DNA of 63,420 nucleotides, the filler included, from Octopus bimaculoides (taxonomy: Eukaryota), in assembly GCF_001194135.2 (NCBI RefSeq). It is 4 parts of 3 records of this genome, joined end to end, with 100 filler letters (N's around TTAATTAATTAA, not from the genome) between each part and the next. Parts side by side here need not be neighbours in the genome. Positions count along the whole stretch, not along the records: positions 1 to 23,765 come from NC_068987.1; positions 23,866 to 29,742 come from NC_068985.1; 2 more parts are not named here. The stretch is one strand, 5' to 3'. Position 1 is the first letter of the stretch; each line of letters opens with the position of its first letter. Of this stretch, positions 14,262-25,851 are shown in pieces. Position numbers and translations under genes: made by a program. The notes under the pieces were generated by a model. The model was not told the DNA's origin and did no database searches. It saw only the letters and a list, made by a program, of their open reading frames with translations.

Positions 14262-15133
14262 CAGGGTGCGGTGAATTAAACGTCGTCTAAGTTACACAAA
14301 AATGAAAATAAATCTGACATCCCGTTTTAACAGATATATTTACCAAAATTACATAAAAATAGCTTGAAAAACTAAAGAGTAAATTTATTCAATAAAATCA
14401 TCATTGGCTTCAATCATGTCCTCGAGACGACTTCTGAATCTCTTGCAACTCTTCTGGACAGTTTCCGTGTTTACGTTAGTGAATGCTGCCATGATCCTTG
14501 CCCTCAGTTCATAGTTTGTGTAACAAGGAAATTTGTTGGCCTCTCGCTCAACTGCACTCCACACATAATAATCAAAGGAGTTGCATTCTGTGGAGTTAGA
14601 TGGCCAGATGTTAGGAGTGATGGTGTCGCAGAAACTGTCTGACAGCCATGACTGGTTTCTCCTACTTTTATAGCATGGCGCAAAGTCCTGTTGTCAGACA
14701 TGCTCGTCCAGCAGCCACCCACTTGATCCAGGGCAGCAGTACCACTTCCATGCACTTGATGTAGGCCTCCGTGTTGAGTTTGACGCCGTGTGAGAAGATG
14801 AGTGGAGAGATCACTAGTGTTCATTCCAAACACCATGATTTTGACTGGATGTTTGAGATTTATCACTCTCAGTACATGTTCTAAGATTGCATTGTCCACA
14901 GACTAACACCCAATCACTCTGAAATGTTCGTATAGGAGCTTCCGTTTCGTATCCCAAGCCATACAGCATGTCGTTTCCAAATTTCTGGCAGAGTGAATGG
15001 CGTCGTGGTGCTGTGTTTTTCACAGACGGTACCCAACTGACCCTACTATACTGTGTAGACGACAATATCAAAAACAAACCGCAGGTGCGAAATTAAAAAT
15101 ATCTAATGGTGATAATTTGCTCATCGCACCCTG
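14262..15133 (-). mobile_element. Internally deleted Tc1/mariner element, DD37D (maT-type), both TIRs and TA TSD present
   Basis: TA|CAGGGTGCGGTGA... at 14262 and ...TCATCGCACCCTG|TA at 15133. Minus-strand translation KHPVKIMVFG...V*QQDFAPCYKSRRNQSWLSDSFCDTITPNIWPSNSTECNSFDYYVWSAVERE has 37 residues between the last two catalytic Asp. Confidence 0.9.
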
Positions 15134-15206
15134 TATATGTGTGTGTGTGCATGTTTGTTTGATGAATAAATCGTAAAGCAGTAAAGTTTTGTTAGGAGAA
15201 ATAATG

Positions 15207-15250
<44 letters not shown>

Positions 15251-15252
<2 letters not shown>

Positions 15253-15431
15253 GTGGTTGGCACTCNNNNNNNNNNCCACAGACACGTGTACCCTTAACGT
15301 AGTTCTCGGGGAGATTCAGTGTAACACAGAGTGTGACAAGGCTGGCCCTTTGAGATACAGGAACAACAGAAACAGGAAGTAAGAGTGAGAGAAAGTTGTG
15401 GTGAAAGAGTACAGCAGGGTTCGCCACCATC
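15251..15431 (-). mobile_element. SINE family A, partial copy
   Basis: Reverse complement matches 7135-7285. Interrupted by a 10-N gap. Confidence 0.75.
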
Positions 15432-15656
15432 AATAGATAACAATGGCACTCTTCTTTTAATTTTGACTCTATATCTTCAGGAAGAGTTACCTCAATCCTT
15501 TCTATATTAACCAAAATGAAGTAGATTGACAAATTTATTTTTTGAACCAGTTGATGACACACGAGATGTCAAAATATCGTTCACTAGATAACAATGGCAC
15601 TCTTCTTTTAATTTTGACTCTATATCTTCAAGGGGAGTTGCCTCAATCCTTTCTAT

Positions 15657-15724
<68 letters not shown>

Positions 15725-15725
15725 C

Positions 15726-16295
15726 ATTCAACATTTGGTAGTTTCAGGCAAATTTCTACTGCATCATCTGCTATACTTCCGAGTTGCTGGCGTGTGTACT
15801 CTTTTTGGTATTTTATTGTGATAGTTTGTTTTTTATGAAGTGTCGTTGCAATCTTTTGTTGTATTAGTGTTCGTATTGTGTGTTGCGTGTTTAATGCAAG
15901 TTTTACTATTTGCTGTGTACTGGCCTGTTGGTGGTTGTCTATTTTATTGGATATTTGCTATATAAAGCGTCTTGTGTTTGTTATTTGTTTTGTTTTGGCT
16001 ATATAATTGAATTGGTTATGTCTGGTTTAGGATGTGGGCTGTTCCTTGTAAGACTAATTTTTAGCTAGTGCATAGTGTTGAGGGTCTACATCTAGCATCT
16101 AGGTTAACCTTCATATTTTTTTTATCTTGCCCAATGCTCCAATTATTACTAAATCTTGTTTTCAGTTTCATTCCCCACATTGTGAAAACTTCAATTTCGA
16201 TGTTTTTGTACTTTGACTATTTCGCCACTTTTTGTGGGCAATATTTTGGTCACAAGGGACTGCAATCATTGGCTGTTGACAACAACAGCCGTTGA
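15726..16295 (-). mobile_element. Decayed R4/Dong-type LINE 3' end between two (TAA)n runs
   Basis: Minus-strand remnants IAVPCDQNI, MWGMKLK, VIIGALGKIKK and LQGTAHIL match the C-terminus of the 10227-11257 element. The 3'UTR runs into (TAA)n at 15658-15725. Confidence 0.65.
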
Positions 16296-16369
16296 TATTA
16301 TTATTATTATTTTTGTTTTCATTTCTTCCTTCTACCCTTATTCCTTCTGACTAATATCATTCTCCTCCT

Positions 16370-16414
<45 letters not shown>

Positions 16415-16619
16415 TTTCTCTATCTACTTACCCCTACCACTACATTCTCCAAATTTCATCCACACCACAAGATCCCTTGGAATGAACAGCACACAGAAAC
16501 TATGTGTCCACACTATCAACTTGTAATAGCAAAATATGAACTCCTATCGGAATCTACATGCCATGGACAACAAGTATTTCTACGCATTCTACACGGCACC
16601 TTCTTTAGATAATAGAACT

Positions 16620-16880
16620 GCATAATTTTTCCTTTTGCTTTTATTCTCCTTTTCCCATTTATACTTCCTATATCCATCCTGTTCCTTACATTGAACTTAC
16701 CATTTCCCTTTATTTACCTCTCTCATATCGTCTCTGATAAAGGGATATCCCTAATATCCCAGAAACAGTTGTAAGACTACCTTTCATTTTATAAAGTTGT
16801 ATAATTTCCACACAGCCATGGTTTTGTTGTCTCATTTATTTAACATAAACATGCTCACACAAGACCCGCATTAGACTCCT
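16620..16880 (+). mobile_element. Penelope-like element 3' end (family P2) carrying a degenerate hammerhead
   Basis: Pyrimidine-rich stretch followed by the hammerhead motif at 16730-16777. The downstream sequence resembles the inverted copy at 61880-62070. Confidence 0.55.
16730..16777 (+). ncRNA. Minimal type I hammerhead ribozyme motif, core-mutated
   Basis: GTCT-CTGATAA-A-GGGATAT-CCCTA-ATATCCC-A-GAAA-CAGTTG-TA-AGAC. Stems I and II are intact. The core has G8>A (CUGAUAA), so it is probably inactive. Confidence 0.7.
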
Positions 16881-17093
16881 TGTATTATTATCGAACCGAG
16901 AATCCAACTACGGCCTTCCCGTTGCACTTACATAGTCTTACCTACCATCTTGGGTCTTCTGGATACCAATACCTCTCATATCTATCTATCCATCTATCTC
17001 TATATATACATACATACATACACACATACGAACACGCGCACAAACACACACACACACACACACACGCACACACACACACACATATACACACAC

Positions 17094-17136
<43 letters not shown>

Positions 17137-18474
17137 NNNNNNNNNNATCCAACTACGGCCTTCCCGTTGCACTTACATAGTCTTACCTACCATCTTGGGT
17201 CTTCTGGATACCAATACCTCTCATATCTATCTATCCATCTATCTCTATATATACATACATACATGTATGCCTCTCTGTGTGCATGAGTGCGTGCGAGCCT
17301 GTAGGTGTGTAGAATATAGTAATGAGGTCAATTTATGTTTGCCCAATAGGACGTTATCAGCAAAACCGATGAACTGGTGTCATCTGTAATAAACACATCA
17401 ATTATTTTATTGAATCTGGATGGACGAAAGACTAGACTGATGCCGATAGCGTCTGAACTATCAACTTTTACTGGCATCAAGCAGATCTTTCAAAGTATTT
17501 TGACATCACTCAACATTTCCTGGAAGCAAATCAGCTGGATACTTTTAAATATAGAACTTGTATATATTTCTCATATAAAGCTTTGTAAAAAGAAAATATG
17601 CAATAATTTCACAAAAAATTTCTGTGCTTTATTTCAAAAAATATTCAATATTATAAATCACGAATTAGAATGGTAACGATTTTTTACGTTATACAACTTT
17701 ATATATCGAATTCTTATTTTGGGAAAATAAAATGCATACTGTTATAAGAAGAAACTTTTAGTTACAGATGTGAATACAGAAAAAAAATTACACTTTATTT
17801 CAAAATTGTTTAGAATTTACCATCAAAGACATCTGTAATCCTTAACAATAAGGCAGATTTCATTTATGCTATACAATGGTACACATAAATTATTATCTAT
17901 GGGAAAATTGCTTATTTCCATTTTTCTAGCAGCTGGAAATCTGTTAATCTAACAAATGTTAGTCTCATTTGTAAACATCTTAACTGAAATCTGAATCCCA
18001 ATAACAATGAGAATTATATCAAATTTCTATATGGATTTCATTTTTCTTATTATGTTACACAACTCGATAAAAGATATTCTCAGCGTTTCCTTGGACTGAC
18101 ACACATAACATCAAAATATCCCCCAAATTTCTATATGGATTTTTTGAATGGAAAAAAATATTGCAATCCAGTCTATTCATTCAGAATAGGATCGGATGTT
18201 AATATCTGTTATGTCTTTGATATATGCTTTAGGAATAAGGTTTGACTTCGTACAAAACAATATTCGCAAACATATTTATCTTTCATTTAGGGCGTAATTT
18301 ATATTAAAGCATTTGTCTCTTACCATGTCTTGAATAAGATCGAAAATTATAGCTTCGTGGCTTACAGCATAAACGGAAACTAGGAATGCGATAAATCTGA
18401 ACAGATTTGGGCTACTAAAGGTTGATATAAATAAATACATATAGATATATATGTGAGTATACATATATACAATT

Positions 18475-18537
<63 letters not shown>

Positions 18538-18539
18538 TT

Positions 18540-19378
18540 TCGCAATTTAATAACTTTGCCAGTTCTTGTTCAAATGACTTCAAATTTAACAGCATGTGTG
18601 GAAATAGGTTACATTTTTATGGTTAATGTTTATCTTTTCAGTTATAGAAAAGGCCTTCACTGGAAGTGAAAAGGGGTATTGTGTGTTGGAGTTTGCTCCA
18701 AGACAGTCGAACAAGACTGTGTAGTGTGCATTTGTGAGACAGTTCTCTAAAAAGTCACCAACGGCAATGCAGATTTGGACATGGCACAAAACATTCAAAG
18801 AGAAAGGCTGTCTATGCAAGGCAAAAGGATCTGGACGACTACTAAGATCGTAGGAGATGGTCTAGCAGGTTCACCAAAACCTCTTGCGATGCCCCAAGAA
18901 ATCCATAAGAAGAACACGTGTGGAAACCCAGATTCCTTCAATGACAGTTTGACACGTCTTGAGGAAACGCTTGCTAATGAAACCCTACGATCTGCAGGTC
19001 GTTCAGGCCATATCGATAGACGACAAGCGAAAGCGCAAGCATTGTGCTATGTGAAGGGCCTAGTCTAGGTCTCACCTCTTCCTGCAAACCTAGAAGAACT
19101 CGAGGAGAGAATCACTACACCACTAGAGACTGTTCGCCAAGACATGCTGCAGCGAGTTCGGGAGGAGCTGGACTATCGACTTGATGTGTGCTGTGTCTCA
19201 GGCGTCATACATATTAAATATTTGTGAAATCATTCATGCAATCCACATACCTTTGAATTTCTCATTCAAATTTGGAGGAATAAATCTTATGTTGCTCGAA
19301 ATTAAGCCTGTTTAGTTTCATTTCCCTTGACTATGTAATTTCTCTGTTATTTACATCTCAATTTTTTGACACACCCTG
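18540..19378 (+). mobile_element. Tc1/mariner-superfamily fossil with catalytic domain deleted
   Basis: N-terminal HTH-like AFTGSEKGYCVLEFA...QIWTWHKTFKEKGCLCKAKGSGR...VLRKRLLMKPYDLQVVQA is joined directly to C-terminal LPANLEELEERITTPLETVRQDMLQRVREELDYRLDVC. Right TIR ...TTTTTGACACACCCTG|TA. The left end is lost in (TA)n. Confidence 0.82.
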
Positions 19379-19415
19379 TATATACACACACACATGAATG
19401 TCTGTGTGTATGTGT

Positions 19416-19446
<31 letters not shown>

Positions 19447-19459
19447 CGTGCGTGCGTGC

Positions 19460-20205
19460 GTAGGGTTGTAAGGAACGATGTGTCTGTTTTGTTTTAAGTA
19501 AATATCTAGTGAGATTCAATTCTGTTAAAGTACAAGGAAATCATTAACATTTCATATTCTTACATTTTCGTTCAGATTTTGTCAATTTTGTCTTAACTGA
19601 AGTTGTATTGGCCCCATGTTAACTCCTGCAAAGAGCATCGTGACGTTGTTCTTTATGAATTTCAAAAGGAGGATAGTACAAGTGTAGCAGAAGATGGTAT
19701 ACCCGATTCAGAAACTGAGACTACAGCTTGCAGGGTGAATAAAGGGAATGGCGCCCAAAAACGTTGGATTCTGATGCATTGGAAGCTACGTTGATACAAA
19801 CCTCAATATTACGTTTCGAGAACGAAGTAGGGGTTTCACCATGAACCATACTTATCATTCACTGTTAATTGAAAAGGCTTGAAAAAATGTCAAATGTTGG
19901 AAAATGGCTCACGCATGATCTCTCTACAGACAATCGTAAACAACGTGTTGACTAACGTGCATTATTTTGATTTTGAATAGACACGACTTCTTTTCGGTGT
20001 GTCATAAAAGGCGACTAAAAGAAGTTAAGGTAAGCTTTCCGCTCTAATCTCGTAAAGTCCTCACCAGCAACCTTTGCATAAATCCAGAATTTCTCTCCTC
20101 CGGCGAAGTAGTGCAAATGACTATAAAGCATGTTCTATGAAACCACTGAGGCGAAGCCACCAGTAGCAAACCGCAAAAACCATGAACGACAAGATAGGCT
20201 GGAGG

Positions 20206-20207
<2 letters not shown>
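19460..20207 (+). mobile_element. Highly decayed mariner fossil
   Basis: KEHRDVVLYEFQK (mariner N-terminus-like) and KRLEKMSNVGKWLTHDLSTDNRKQRVD (GKWVPHEL-like). Confidence 0.65.
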
Positions 20208-20238
<31 letters not shown>

Positions 20239-20606
20239 NNNNNNNNNNNNNNNNNNNNNNNNNNNNNNNNNNNNNNNNNNNNNNNNNNNNNNNNNNNNNN
20301 NNNNNNNNNNNNNNNNNNNNNNNNNNNNNNNNNNNNNNNNNNNNNNNNNNNNNNNNNNNNNNNNNNNNNNNNNNNNNNNNNNNNNNNNNNNNNNNNNNNN
20401 NNNNNNNNNNNNNNNNNNNNNNNNNNNNNNNNNNNNNNNNNNNNNNNNNNNNNNNNNNNNNNNNNNNNNNNNNNNNNNNNNNNNNNNNNNNNNNNNNNNN
20501 NNNNNNNNNNNNNNNNNNNNNNNNNNNNNNNNNNNNNNNNNNNNNNNNNNNNNNNNNNNNNNNNNNNNNNNNNNNNNNNNNNNNNNNNNNNNNNNNNNNN
20601 NNNNNA

Positions 20607-21450
20607 ACGTTCTCTGGCGGATAAACTACTTGCAGTTCAAGCTTCCGCCGCTAGAACCGTCTCGATTGAAACCACGGGCGCCAGTCAAGTGAAGTTGTAC
20701 TGCCATGTTGTGTGTCTTTGTTTTGCATTGATTCTCAGTTATTCGTCGATTTTTGCAGTGATTGAAACGAAGGAAAGGTGTGCTTCCGTGAAATTCTGTT
20801 TACTGCTGAGGAAAACTGCGGCCGAAAGAGTTGCCATGCTTCATACAACTTATAAGGATGCTGCGATGAGCAAAACACAAGTTTACGAGTGGTTCTCACT
20901 CTTTAGAAATAGTCAGTTGTCGTTTGAAGACCAAACTCATTCAGGGTTATTGTCGACCTCCCGACCGAATGAAAACATCAGGAAAATTCAGGATCTGCTC
21001 TTGGAGGAACGTCACCAAACAATTGACGAGCTTGATATAACTGGTGTATTCTGGAGCTCCTGCCAATGAATTTTGGGAGAGGAATACCGAATGAAAAGAG
21101 CTGCATCAGAGTTTCTATCTCGCTTTCTCACGGAATATCAAAAGCTGTCACGACTGAATGCACGTCGTGAACTGAAAGAAGAGTTGGAAGTTGATCCGAA
21201 TCTTTTTCCGAATGTCAACACTGGTGACGAAAGCTGGTACTAGGGAATTTGTAGATGTGGAAAAGGTGGAGAAGAGAAAAGATTGAGACATCACTTCGCA
21301 AGAGTTGTAGCACTGCTTTGAACAATGTAAGAAGCGTCTGGACCGATGCATTACTTCAAATGGAGAATACTTTGGAGGCGATAAAGGTGTAAACATGTAA
21401 AACTAAGTGAATAAAATAATAATTGCAAAAGTCCGGCTTTTCGGGGGTAG
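20607..21450 (+). mobile_element. Mariner fossil with internal deletion after the first catalytic Asp
   Basis: VKFCLLLRKTAAE...MSKTQVYEWFSLFRNSQLSFEDQTHSG...NVNTGDESWY is joined to C-terminal CFEQCKKRLDRCITSNGEYFGGD. The 5' end is in an N gap. Confidence 0.85.
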
Positions 21451-22753
21451 AGAGTGAGAGACGTGAAAGTGCTGTCCGCAAATGGCTATCCTTTTTGAGA
21501 TTGTCTCAAATGACTTGTGTAACCATTCAGATATTTTTAAAGTGTGTGGTAATCGGTAAGATATATTTAAAGAGTGTGAAGTGGATATGCCTTATGGTTT
21601 GATCGAAAATAGTCACAGATAATAAAATAGCACGGATTATTGTTCTGCTAAACTTAATTTCTTCCGTGAAATTAAATACAAATTTGTTATCTCTACTTCA
21701 AAACCAATTATGAAGAAAGTATAAGAAAGTATATATGCTATAAGATTTTAAATTCTCCTAAACGAGTTACTTGTTCCTCAGCCAATATTACCTGCAATAA
21801 CACGCAATTCAACAGGAAAATAAAAAACTGCATGCGACCTAAGCCACCCACTTCAAGCTACTACTATCGAACAGTCTACCAACTGAAACGATCCTACTTT
21901 TAAAAGCACTGCCCTGTAATGCGAATTTCAGTGCACACAGTGATATCTTATGCTAGATTTTACTGTATATCAATATAGAGAAAAGTGTTTCGTTCAATGT
22001 TGCTATATATATAATTGGGATATTTTTGGCATTATATTCATTGAAGAATTTAATATCTGCATCATTTCTTAATTCAACTGTTTTTTGACCCGTTAAAGGT
22101 GATAAAAATTCATGGCTGTTGAAATATCTCACAAATTTTCACCGTAATTTCTTCATTCATTCTTATTTCAAAAATAATGAATCATACACCTTTAAACATT
22201 TAAATTCAGCGCACCTTTAATCTCATCACGTAGTATGTGTGATAAGAGTAATTGGATAAATGTACAGTAGGTATTATTCCTATAAGAATATATAAACAGA
22301 TGTGTTGTCCAAAAACAAAACGGAAGTGTTTGCCGATGACCTGAATTGAAATGTGTTATATACGTGATTTAGACTCATGTAATTTCAGTTGTTTAATTTC
22401 TACTAATTTTATTACATCACATCAGCCAATCTAAATACTCCAATGCAAACTTGTTCGCTAATTCAGTGATTTTCCAATGGTTTCTATAAGGCAGGGTGTA
22501 TACCAATATCAATACAGGATTTGCTTTTCAAACATTAGTAACCATAATTTTGATATTGCCTACATATGTCACACAATTTTGTAAGGAAAAATTGTAAATT
22601 ATCATTACATGATACTATGAAATGTATATAAGATAATTCATCTAATGAGAGTTCGGATCTCTAGTTTTAGACAAGTTAATCATTGACGACACATAAATTC
22701 ACATGATTATCGTAGATTGCGAAATTAAATTATTATAATACGTGGCAATAGCA

Positions 22754-22852
22754 GTCGACTTCGGCGGAATTTAAACTCAGAACGTAGAGACAGACGAAAT
22801 GGCGCTGAGCATTTCGCCCGGTGTGATAATGTTTCTGCCAGCTCGCCGCCTT
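22754..22852 (-). mobile_element. tRNA-derived SINE family B, 5' half
   Basis: Reverse complement AAGGCGGCGAGCTGGCAGAAAC...CTGAGTTTAAATTCCGCCGAAGTCGAC is the same head as other family B copies. Confidence 0.75.
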
Positions 22853-22960
22853 TTATTGTGAAGATATCGATTAGTTTCCATTTCAACGACGCTCCAAACG
22901 TAATAGTCCATGGTATTTAAATCTCGAAAGTCTTGATGTTGTAAATCAAGGGAATATTTG
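22853..22960 (-). mobile_element. Small maT/Tc1-mariner transposase fragment
   Basis: DFRDLNTMDYYVWSVVEMETNRYLHNK resembles the (SPD)LNPLDYYVW..VERE segment seen in 14262-15133. Confidence 0.65.
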
Positions 22961-23427
22961 TCTGATATCTCTTTATAAGCTGCATGGGTTTTATGATAAT
23001 GTGCCAAATTTTATTGAAACATTTGTCTTTCCACTTTTCATACATATAATTTGTATCGAATGTCTTCGTGTATTACAGATTTTATAACACAGCCGACACT
23101 TGAAATTATTTGGAAAGAATATCCATTGATTGTCTAGGATTACCATCGACTGCGCTTCGAACTCGATATATAAATTAAGTGACCTTGAATTTCCTGAAAT
23201 TTCGGACCATATTTTTTTTATTCAAAAAGCTGAAATATTCCCTGCTGAGCCTACCAGTTTCATCTTAAGTTTGTGTATATAACATCATTGCAGCATTTAG
23301 AAAACAGGTAATGTCTAGGTCGTGATGCTTCGCAGATTTTCCAACAATGACTACCTGAATGAAATAAAAGTGAGTACTATATTGATAAATAATTAACTAT
23401 TTTCAAATAGCCCGGCAGCTTTTACAC

Positions 23428-23459
<32 letters not shown>

Positions 23460-23460
23460 A

Positions 23461-23526
<66 letters not shown>

Positions 23527-23570
23527 CCCATCCATCTATCTACCCATCCATCTATCTCTCTATATATCTC

Positions 23571-23630
<60 letters not shown>

Positions 23631-23645
23631 ATTACATCTATCTAT
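23428..23645. repeat. (TATC)n microsatellite
   Basis: Direct reading. Confidence 0.97.
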
Positions 23646-23765
23646 CTGATCTGGACGGATGCTAGTCGCATCGGCTCGCAAGTAAGTTGGCCTTTTATAT
23701 GTCAAAAATTTTGCAGTTTTAAAATATTTTTTGTGGAAGAGGTGTATAAGTCCATACACTTCGAC

Positions 23766-23865
23766 NNNNNNNNNNNNNNNNNNNNNNNNNNNNNNNNNNN
23801 NNNNNNNNNTTAATTAATTAANNNNNNNNNNNNNNNNNNNNNNNNNNNNNNNNNNNNNNNNNNNN
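23766..23865. other. Artificial 100-bp assembly spacer
   Basis: Exactly N44-TTAATTAATTAA-N44. The 12-mer is palindromic with stops in all six frames. Confidence 0.93.
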
Positions 23866-24145
23866 CAGTCCATGTTTCACTGCCATGTAGCATGGCTGTT
23901 TGTACACATGCATCATACAGTCTGCCTTTTACTCTGAGTGAGAATCCCTTTGTCGCCAGCAGAGGTAAGAGCTCTCTAAACTTTGCCCAGGCTATTCTTA
24001 TTCTAGCAGCTACACTTTCAGCGCACCCACCCCCACTACTAACTTGGTCACCCAGATAGCGGAAGCTATCGACTACCTCTAGTTTTTCTCCCTGGAATGA
24101 GATAGAAGTTGTTTCCTGTTTGTTTACAGTGTTTATTGCACCTGA
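23866..24145 (-). mobile_element. RTE-clade LINE fragment (RT C-terminal region)
   Basis: Minus-strand GEKLEVVDSFRYLGDQVSSGGGCAESVAARIRIAWAKFRELLPLL.TKGFSL. Closely similar to 25852-25990 in the opposite orientation. Cut by the artificial spacer. Confidence 0.85.
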
Positions 24146-24288
24146 ACATCTGCCACATACAAAAACTAACTTCCTAGTTAACCTGCCTTTGATATTGCTG
24201 CACCTCTTATGTGTACATAGCTTGCACCGGGTACAAATATATAAATTTAGTGAATGGAGTAAGACGCATATGTTAACTGAATACTTTT

Positions 24289-24378
24289 ATTTCCAACATA
24301 TGTTTCGAAGATTACAAATTATACCTTCCATAGGAATAGGTATTGTTGATAAGAATGTAATCTTCTCTTCAGGAAAAT
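24289..24378 (-). ncRNA. Type I hammerhead ribozyme motif, intact core
   Basis: Minus strand: ATTTTC-CTGAAGA-GAAGATTACA-(39 nt)-TGTAATCTTC-GAAA-CATATG-TT-GGAAAT. Perfect 10-bp stem II, palindromic stem III, GUU cleavage triplet. Confidence 0.8.
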
Positions 24379-24992
24379 GCATGGGAACCAGCTTAAATGT
24401 AAGACATTTTAACCGAATATGAGAACTGTAGTTAGAGAAGATTGTTACGTAATTTATTTGAAAAAGCTGTTGGAGGTTGGAACGCTACTAGACAGTACGT
24501 TGGACAAGAAGGAAAGAAAAAAAGAAAATTTATATATATATGTATACGAGTGTATGTATGTATATGTATGTGTATATATGTGCGTATACATGTATATATG
24601 ATTATACGCATTTATGTCAACACTATTTGTAGAAATACGAGATTAACTCCCCTTTACGGTCCCATTATAAATAAAACATTCCTCTCCAATTTTTATTAGA
24701 TTTAAACCATCTTATTATCTCCCAATTTTATACTCTAAATTTTCTTTTTTTTCTTTCCTTCTTTTCTTCCCTTCTTGTCCAACCTTTTCAGTCACAGACA
24801 GACAATAAAAAGACATTTTTTGCCGAATATTTTTCACAAGATGTTAATAACTTTTCTAATAAACCAGGTTCGTGTTCCATTATCCTTTTCCCAACCTCCA
24901 ACGGCTTTTTCAAATAAATTAGGTAACAATCTTCTCTAACTACAGTTCTCATATTCGGTTAAAATGTCTTACGTTTAAGCTGGTTCCCATGC

Positions 24993-25082
24993 ATTTCCCT
25001 GAAGAGAAGATTACATTCTTATCAACATCACCTATTCCTATGGAAGGTATAATTTGTAATCTTTGAAACATATGTTGGAAAT
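24993..25082 (+). ncRNA. Type I hammerhead ribozyme motif, intact core
   Basis: ATTTCC-CTGAAGA-GAAGATTACA-(39 nt)-TGTAATCTTT-GAAA-CATATG-TT-GGAAAT. Six-bp stem I, 10-bp stem II closing in G-U. Confidence 0.8.
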
Positions 25083-25124
25083 AAAAGTATTCAGTTAACA
25101 TATGCGTTTTACTCCATTCACTAA

Positions 25125-25183
<59 letters not shown>

Positions 25184-25189
<6 letters not shown>

Positions 25190-25365
25190 CACCCACTACA
25201 CTCTCTGAGTGGTTGTCGTTAGGAAGGGCATCCAGCTGTAGAAACTCTGCCAAATTAGATTGGAGCCTGGTGTTGCCATCCGGTTTCACCAGTCCTCAAT
25301 CAAATCGTCCAACCCATGCTAGTATGGAAAGCGGACGTTAAACGATGATGATGATGATGATGATG
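25184..25365 (+). mobile_element. RTE LINE 3' terminus with (GAT)n tail
   Basis: AAAAGCACCCACTACACTC...GGAAGGGCATCCAGCTGTAGAAAC...GGACGTTAAACGATGATGATG matches 26730-26906. Confidence 0.85.
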
Positions 25366-25851
25366 TATGGGTGTGGGTGTGTGTGTGTGTGATTATTCTT
25401 GTTGGTACAGACATGTATAGTAATATGAACATATTTATCTGCATATATATGTATGTTTGCATGCATATTTCCAATTTATTGTGTGTGTGTATTTATATGT
25501 ATATGTGTGTGGCCCCTTTTTTTGCACATGTATGGGTATATTTGTATAAGTTTTTATATGTATACCTTAATCGTAATATATCCATGAATTCCTGTATCTA
25601 TATACTCATGTGTAAATATGCCTCTATACGTATGATTAAACATACACTCTTCTCCCCATTAGATTATCTTCTGTATAGTGTAAATTTTTTACAATTTTGC
25701 GTACCCTTCTTGTAGTTTTTTCTTATATTTATACTGGCACAGTATCCCTACAACTCTTATACCATTATGACCATACTGCCATTCTATATCCTTCTCACAT
25801 AATACTAAGCTGGATTATTACCTCTGAAATATTTTTTTTTTTATATATCTA

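Larger units (their letters stand above)
24241..25130. mobile_element. Penelope-like element (family P1) with inverted pseudo-LTR-like arms
   Basis: 24241-24480 and 24891-25130 are ungapped inverted repeats (I count 8 mismatches in 240 nt), with 3' ends pointing outward into TA-rich sequence. Each arm carries a hammerhead motif. The Penelope assignment is inferred from the hammerhead plus inverted-arm architecture. Confidence 0.7.

Noticed and set aside
15434-15506. CTGAAGA on the minus strand as another hammerhead
   Set aside because: No stem II, GAAA or stem I pairing, and the duplicate copy lacks the motif.
16902-17263. Direct repeat of about 115 bp (16902 and 17147)
   Set aside because: The copies are identical and flank a 10-N gap, typical of overlapping contig ends or haplotypes.
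23810-23821. TTAATTAATTAA as a biological homeodomain/PacI palindrome
   Set aside because: It is centred in exactly 44+44 Ns three times, so it is synthetic. The natural TAAT run at 38882-38902 is ordinary low-complexity sequence.
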